Assembly (NCBI GenBank): GCA_044222245.1 | Contig: JBGANQ010000001.1 | Location: 126,239 to 190,238 of the forward strand | Direction of reading: 5' to 3' | DNA: 64,000 nucleotides | Source of the DNA: Polyangia bacterium | GTDB lineage: Bacteria > Myxococcota_A > Polyangia > Palsa-1104 > JAEUJZ01 | Shown here: in pieces, positions 61,038 to 64,000 of the stretch | How positions within the stretch are numbered: position 1 is the first letter of the stretch | How the letters are laid out: every line of letters starts with the position of its first letter | The notes under the pieces: model-generated | What the model saw: only the letters and a program-made list of their open reading frames with translations | The model's database searches: none | Told to the model about the DNA's origin: nothing | Position numbers and translations under genes: made by a program

Positions 61038-62480
61038 ATGGAGCGCAGTATGCGAGCTATCTTTTTTCCCTCTGAAGCGGCAGTAGCAGCGGGCCGCCCG
61101 GGCGCCACTACCGGCGTCCTCGCCGCGGGGCTTCTGACCCTGGGGCTGGGGCTCGGGCTTGTGCCCGCGACGGCCCAGGCGGCCGGGTATGTCAACTCGG
61201 AGCAGTCGCCGGCCGGGGTCGGCCTGGCCGGCGCGATGACGGCGCGCGCGGACGACGCCTCGGCCATCTTCTACAACCCGGCGGGTCTGGGATTCCAAAG
61301 CGGACTGTCGATTGTGGCCGGGATCACTCTGGCCAGCCCGCAGCAGAGCGTGACCAGCTTCGCCCCGGGCTCTGATCCGGGGGGCAGCATCTTCAAGGCG
61401 CAGAGCGCCAACTTCGTGCTGCCTACGATCTACGCAGCGGCGCGGGTGTCCGATCAGATCGCGCTCGGGCTGGGCGTGTTCGTCCATCACGGCGGCGGCG
61501 CCGACTTCCAGAACCCCGATGATCCGCGGCCGTTCCCGGGGCGCTTCGCGGCGCTGCGCACCAACATCCAGAGCCTCACCTTCAACCCCACCCTGAGCAT
61601 CCGCATCATCCCGGAGGTCTCGGTGGGCGGCGGGCTGGATATCGAGGTCGGCTCGCTGGAGATCGTCCGCTCGCTGGCGCTCGGCAGCGCCGAGGGACGG
61701 ATCGCTCTTGCGGGCAGCAGCCTGGCGTTTGGCGGCAACATCGGCGCCCTGGTGCGGCTGCTCGATGGCCGGCTGAACTTCGGACTGAGCTTCCGCTCGG
61801 CGCTCAACCTGCGCTTTGACTCCCTCAAGGTCGGCGCGACGGCGCCGGACGGAGTCTCGCTGCTGTTCCCCTACACCCAGGGCGCGACCAACCTGCCGAC
61901 GCCGCACACGATCAGCCTGGGCATCGCCGGCAAGCCGGCGCGCTGGCTGACCATCAGCGTCGATGCCATCAGCTCGCTGTGGTCGGCGGTGCATGATCAG
62001 CGGATCACGCTCTCGGACGGGGGCAGCTTGACCCAGACTTCGGTGATTCCGCGCAGCTGGCGCGACGCCTACAGCGGCCGCATCGGCGTCGAGCTGGATC
62101 TGGGACCGGTGCTGGAGGCCAAGACCAAGTTCTGGCCGAAGGTGCGGGTCGGCTTCGGCTACGATCAGTCGCCGGTGCCGCCGAGCACCCTGGACACGTC
62201 GGTGCCGGACGCGGATCGCTTCTTCCCGTCGCTTGGCGTCTCGCTCGGTTATCGCGGGCTAGGTAGCATCGAGCTCGGTTACACGGCGATTCTGTTCCGC
62301 TCGCAGCCTTCGGAGAACCCGAACCTGCCGCTCACCTACGACACGACGATCCATGTGTTCGGGGCGGCAATCAACCTGCAGCTGGAGCGGGTGTTCGGCA
62401 AGCGCAGCGCGGCCTACTCGGCGCGGCTGCTGGATCGGTCGCCGGCGGTGCCGGTGGAAGAGGCGGCGCCGGCGCACTAG
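61038..62480 (+). CDS. FadL/TodX-family outer-membrane channel (3)
   Basis: Signal peptide ...ATAQAAGY, ADDASAIFYNPAGLGF (NPAGL), beta-barrel alternation, C-terminal ...F. Confidence 0.65.
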   Translation: MERSMRAIFFPSEAAVAAGRPGATTGVLAAGLLTLGLGLGLVPATAQAAGYVNSEQSPAGVGLAGAMTARADDASAIFYNPAGLGFQSGLSIVAGITLASPQQSVTSFAPGSDPGGSIFKAQSANFVLPTIYAAARVSDQIALGLGVFVHHGGGADFQNPDDPRPFPGRFAALRTNIQSLTFNPTLSIRIIPEVSVGGGLDIEVGSLEIVRSLALGSAEGRIALAGSSLAFGGNIGALVRLLDGRLNFGLSFRSALNLRFDSLKVGATAPDGVSLLFPYTQGATNLPTPHTISLGIAGKPARWLTISVDAISSLWSAVHDQRITLSDGGSLTQTSVIPRSWRDAYSGRIGVELDLGPVLEAKTKFWPKVRVGFGYDQSPVPPSTLDTSVPDADRFFPSLGVSLGYRGLGSIELGYTAILFRSQPSENPNLPLTYDTTIHVFGAAINLQLERVFGKRSAAYSARLLDRSPAVPVEEAAPAH

Positions 62481-62506
62481 GAAAAGCGGGCGAGGCCCCT
62501 TTCCCG

Positions 62507-62551
62507 GAGATCCTTTTTTGGCCAGCTGGAGCTGACGAAAAAGGATCTCCG
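62507..62551. repeat. perfect 13-bp inverted repeat (GGAGATCCTTTTT...AAAAAGGATCTCC) between convergent genes; possible bidirectional terminator or palindromic binding site
   Basis: seen directly; 19-nt loop; no U-tract after the stem on either strand. Confidence 0.5.
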
Positions 62552-62566
62552 CTCAGCCCCACCCCA

Positions 62567-64000
62567 TCAGTCGCGGAAGATGAGGAGGACGATCAGGACC
62601 AGCGCCAGGACGGAGAGGGCGGCGATGACCTTGACCCAGAGGTTGATCTGCTTGTCGAAGAAGGCGGGGTGGCGGGCGAGCGAATCTGGGAGCGGCGCCG
62701 CGCTTGGGGTAGCGGGCACGACCGCATTTGACGCCGAGAGGGGGAGCGGGGGGGGGGCGGCGGAGGAAGCGCGCCTACCTCGGTGGCGGGGGTGCGGCGG
62801 GGTCGATTCGCGGGTGGCCGGCCAGCGGGGTGGGGACGCGCGGCAGCAGGCCGCACACCTAGCACCGGGATGGGGGGCGGGGGTGTGACGGCCGGAGGGA
62901 CGCGTGCTGCCAGCGGGGCGGGGTGGGGCCACCGGCGAGCGGGATGGCGCCGTCGGTGGGACTGCGGGCGGCAGGGCGCGCGCTGCCGGGCAGAGCCACC
63001 GCTGGCTGCGGCGCGGGGTCGGGCGGGGCGCAGCTGCAGGCGGCGTCGTGACCAGCGCCCGCGACCGGCGCCGCGACCGCGGGGGCGGCGGCGGGCACGG
63101 GCGCAGCCGCGGCGGCGGGGGTCGGGGCGGCGACGCCGGGCGGGAGCGGGGCCCGGCGAGCTCGGGGGCGCGCCGCCAAAGACGGCGGCGGCGCTGACCG
63201 GAGCCAGGGAGGCCCGGCTGGCCGACTTGGCCAGCATGTCGGGGCGCAGCGTCTTGAGGCCTTGGGTCACGGCGGCGCGCACGCCGGGGTCGATCGCGCC
63301 GTCGACATCGGTGCGCATCAGGTCGTCGGCGGTGAGCTCGATGATGTCGTCGCCCGAGCCCTCGACGCGGCGCATCGCGTCGGCGACATCGACGTCGACG
63401 TGGACGCCGCTCTCCTCCTCGTTCCAGTTGGAGGAGATCTTCTGGCCTTCGGCGATGACCTGCTTGGACCACTGCTTTACCGTCGTCTCGGTCGTGCCCT
63501 TGATGGCGGGCAGCTTGGCCATCGCCCGGGTGAGGGCGTCGGCCAGGGCGTTGCCGTCGACGTAGCGGGTCTTCAGGTCGCGCGACAGGGCGGTCATCAC
63601 GACATCGTCAAGCTCTTTGGGGATGCTCGGGATGAGCTGACTCGGGCGGGGAATCTCGGCCTTGAGGACGCGGCTGATGACGATAAAGTCGTTGTGGCCG
63701 CCAAAGAGCCGGCGCCCGGTGAGCATCTCGTGCAGGACGATGCCGACCCCGAACACGTCGGTGGCCGGCACGACCTTCTGCGCCACCTGCTCGGGCGCCA
63801 TGTAGGCGAGCTTGCCCTTGATGATGCCGGTGCGGGTCTGCGGCCCGAAGCCGCCGAGGGCCTTGGCGACGCCGAAGTCGATGACCTTGATGCTGCCCTC
63901 GGCCGAGACCATGACGTTCTCGGGCGAGATGTCGCGGTGGATGATCGGCTGCAGCTTGCCGGTGACGCTGTCCTTGTGGCTGTGGGCGTGGCCCAGGCCG
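62567..64000 (-). CDS. Hanks-type Ser/Thr protein kinase (partial, N-terminus beyond window; C-terminal frame ambiguous)
   Basis: Kinase subdomains VI-IX in frame 62593..>63960 (VIDFGVAKAL..., KLAYMAPEQ, DVFGVGIVLHEMLTGR). A different frame (62567..) ends with a clean TM tail PAFFDKQINLWVKVIAALSVLALVLIVLLIFRD. Confidence 0.6.

Noticed and set aside
62507-62551. Inverted repeat as canonical intrinsic terminator
   Set aside because: The U/A runs are inside the stem arms, not 3' of the hairpin on either strand. Kept only as an inverted repeat.

Overview
This 64-kb window is very GC-rich (about 70%) with strong GC3 codon bias and densely packed genes. The gene content looks like a Myxococcota-type chromosome (inference): bactofilin, FHA/GAF sigma-54 activators, an FHA-DUF4388 protein, a SpoIVB-like S55 peptidase, Hanks-type Ser/Thr kinase, MCE proteins and many lipoproteins. 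I found no rRNA, tRNA, CRISPR array, transposase or integrase. About 55 CDSs are called. The housekeeping genes with recognisable signatures are rny (RNase Y), tsaC/sua5, cyaY, moeA, miaB, dtd, gdhA, an rluA/D-family pseudouridine synthase, a dGTPase-like HD protein and selD. The main observations are: (1) selD is a selenoprotein whose in-frame TGA (Sec) makes the ORF track split it in two. (2) An in-frame 90-bp tandem duplication spans the stop codon of the bactofilin gene, and an unusual A/C-rich microsatellite lies in its promoter region. (3) There is an orphan type I R-M methyltransferase (hsdM plus hsdS, no hsdR). (4) dtd is translationally coupled to an operon of two FadL/TodX-type outer-membrane channels, a lipoprotein, a beta-lactamase-fold hydrolase and a GstA-like glutathione transferase. 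(5) A VolA-like lipoprotein lipase lies next to a third FadL-family porin. (6) A lower-GC island (about 42.4-48.4 kb) encodes Planctomycete-type CxxCH cytochrome-like lipoproteins, a Tat-secreted DUF1552/DUF1501-like partner and an orphan antitoxin-like HTH gene. (7) A membrane-anchored AAA protein has a degenerate Walker B motif. (8) A DUF4266/DUF3570 pair is translationally coupled. Single-base coordinates may be off by about 1 nt because everything was read by eye.
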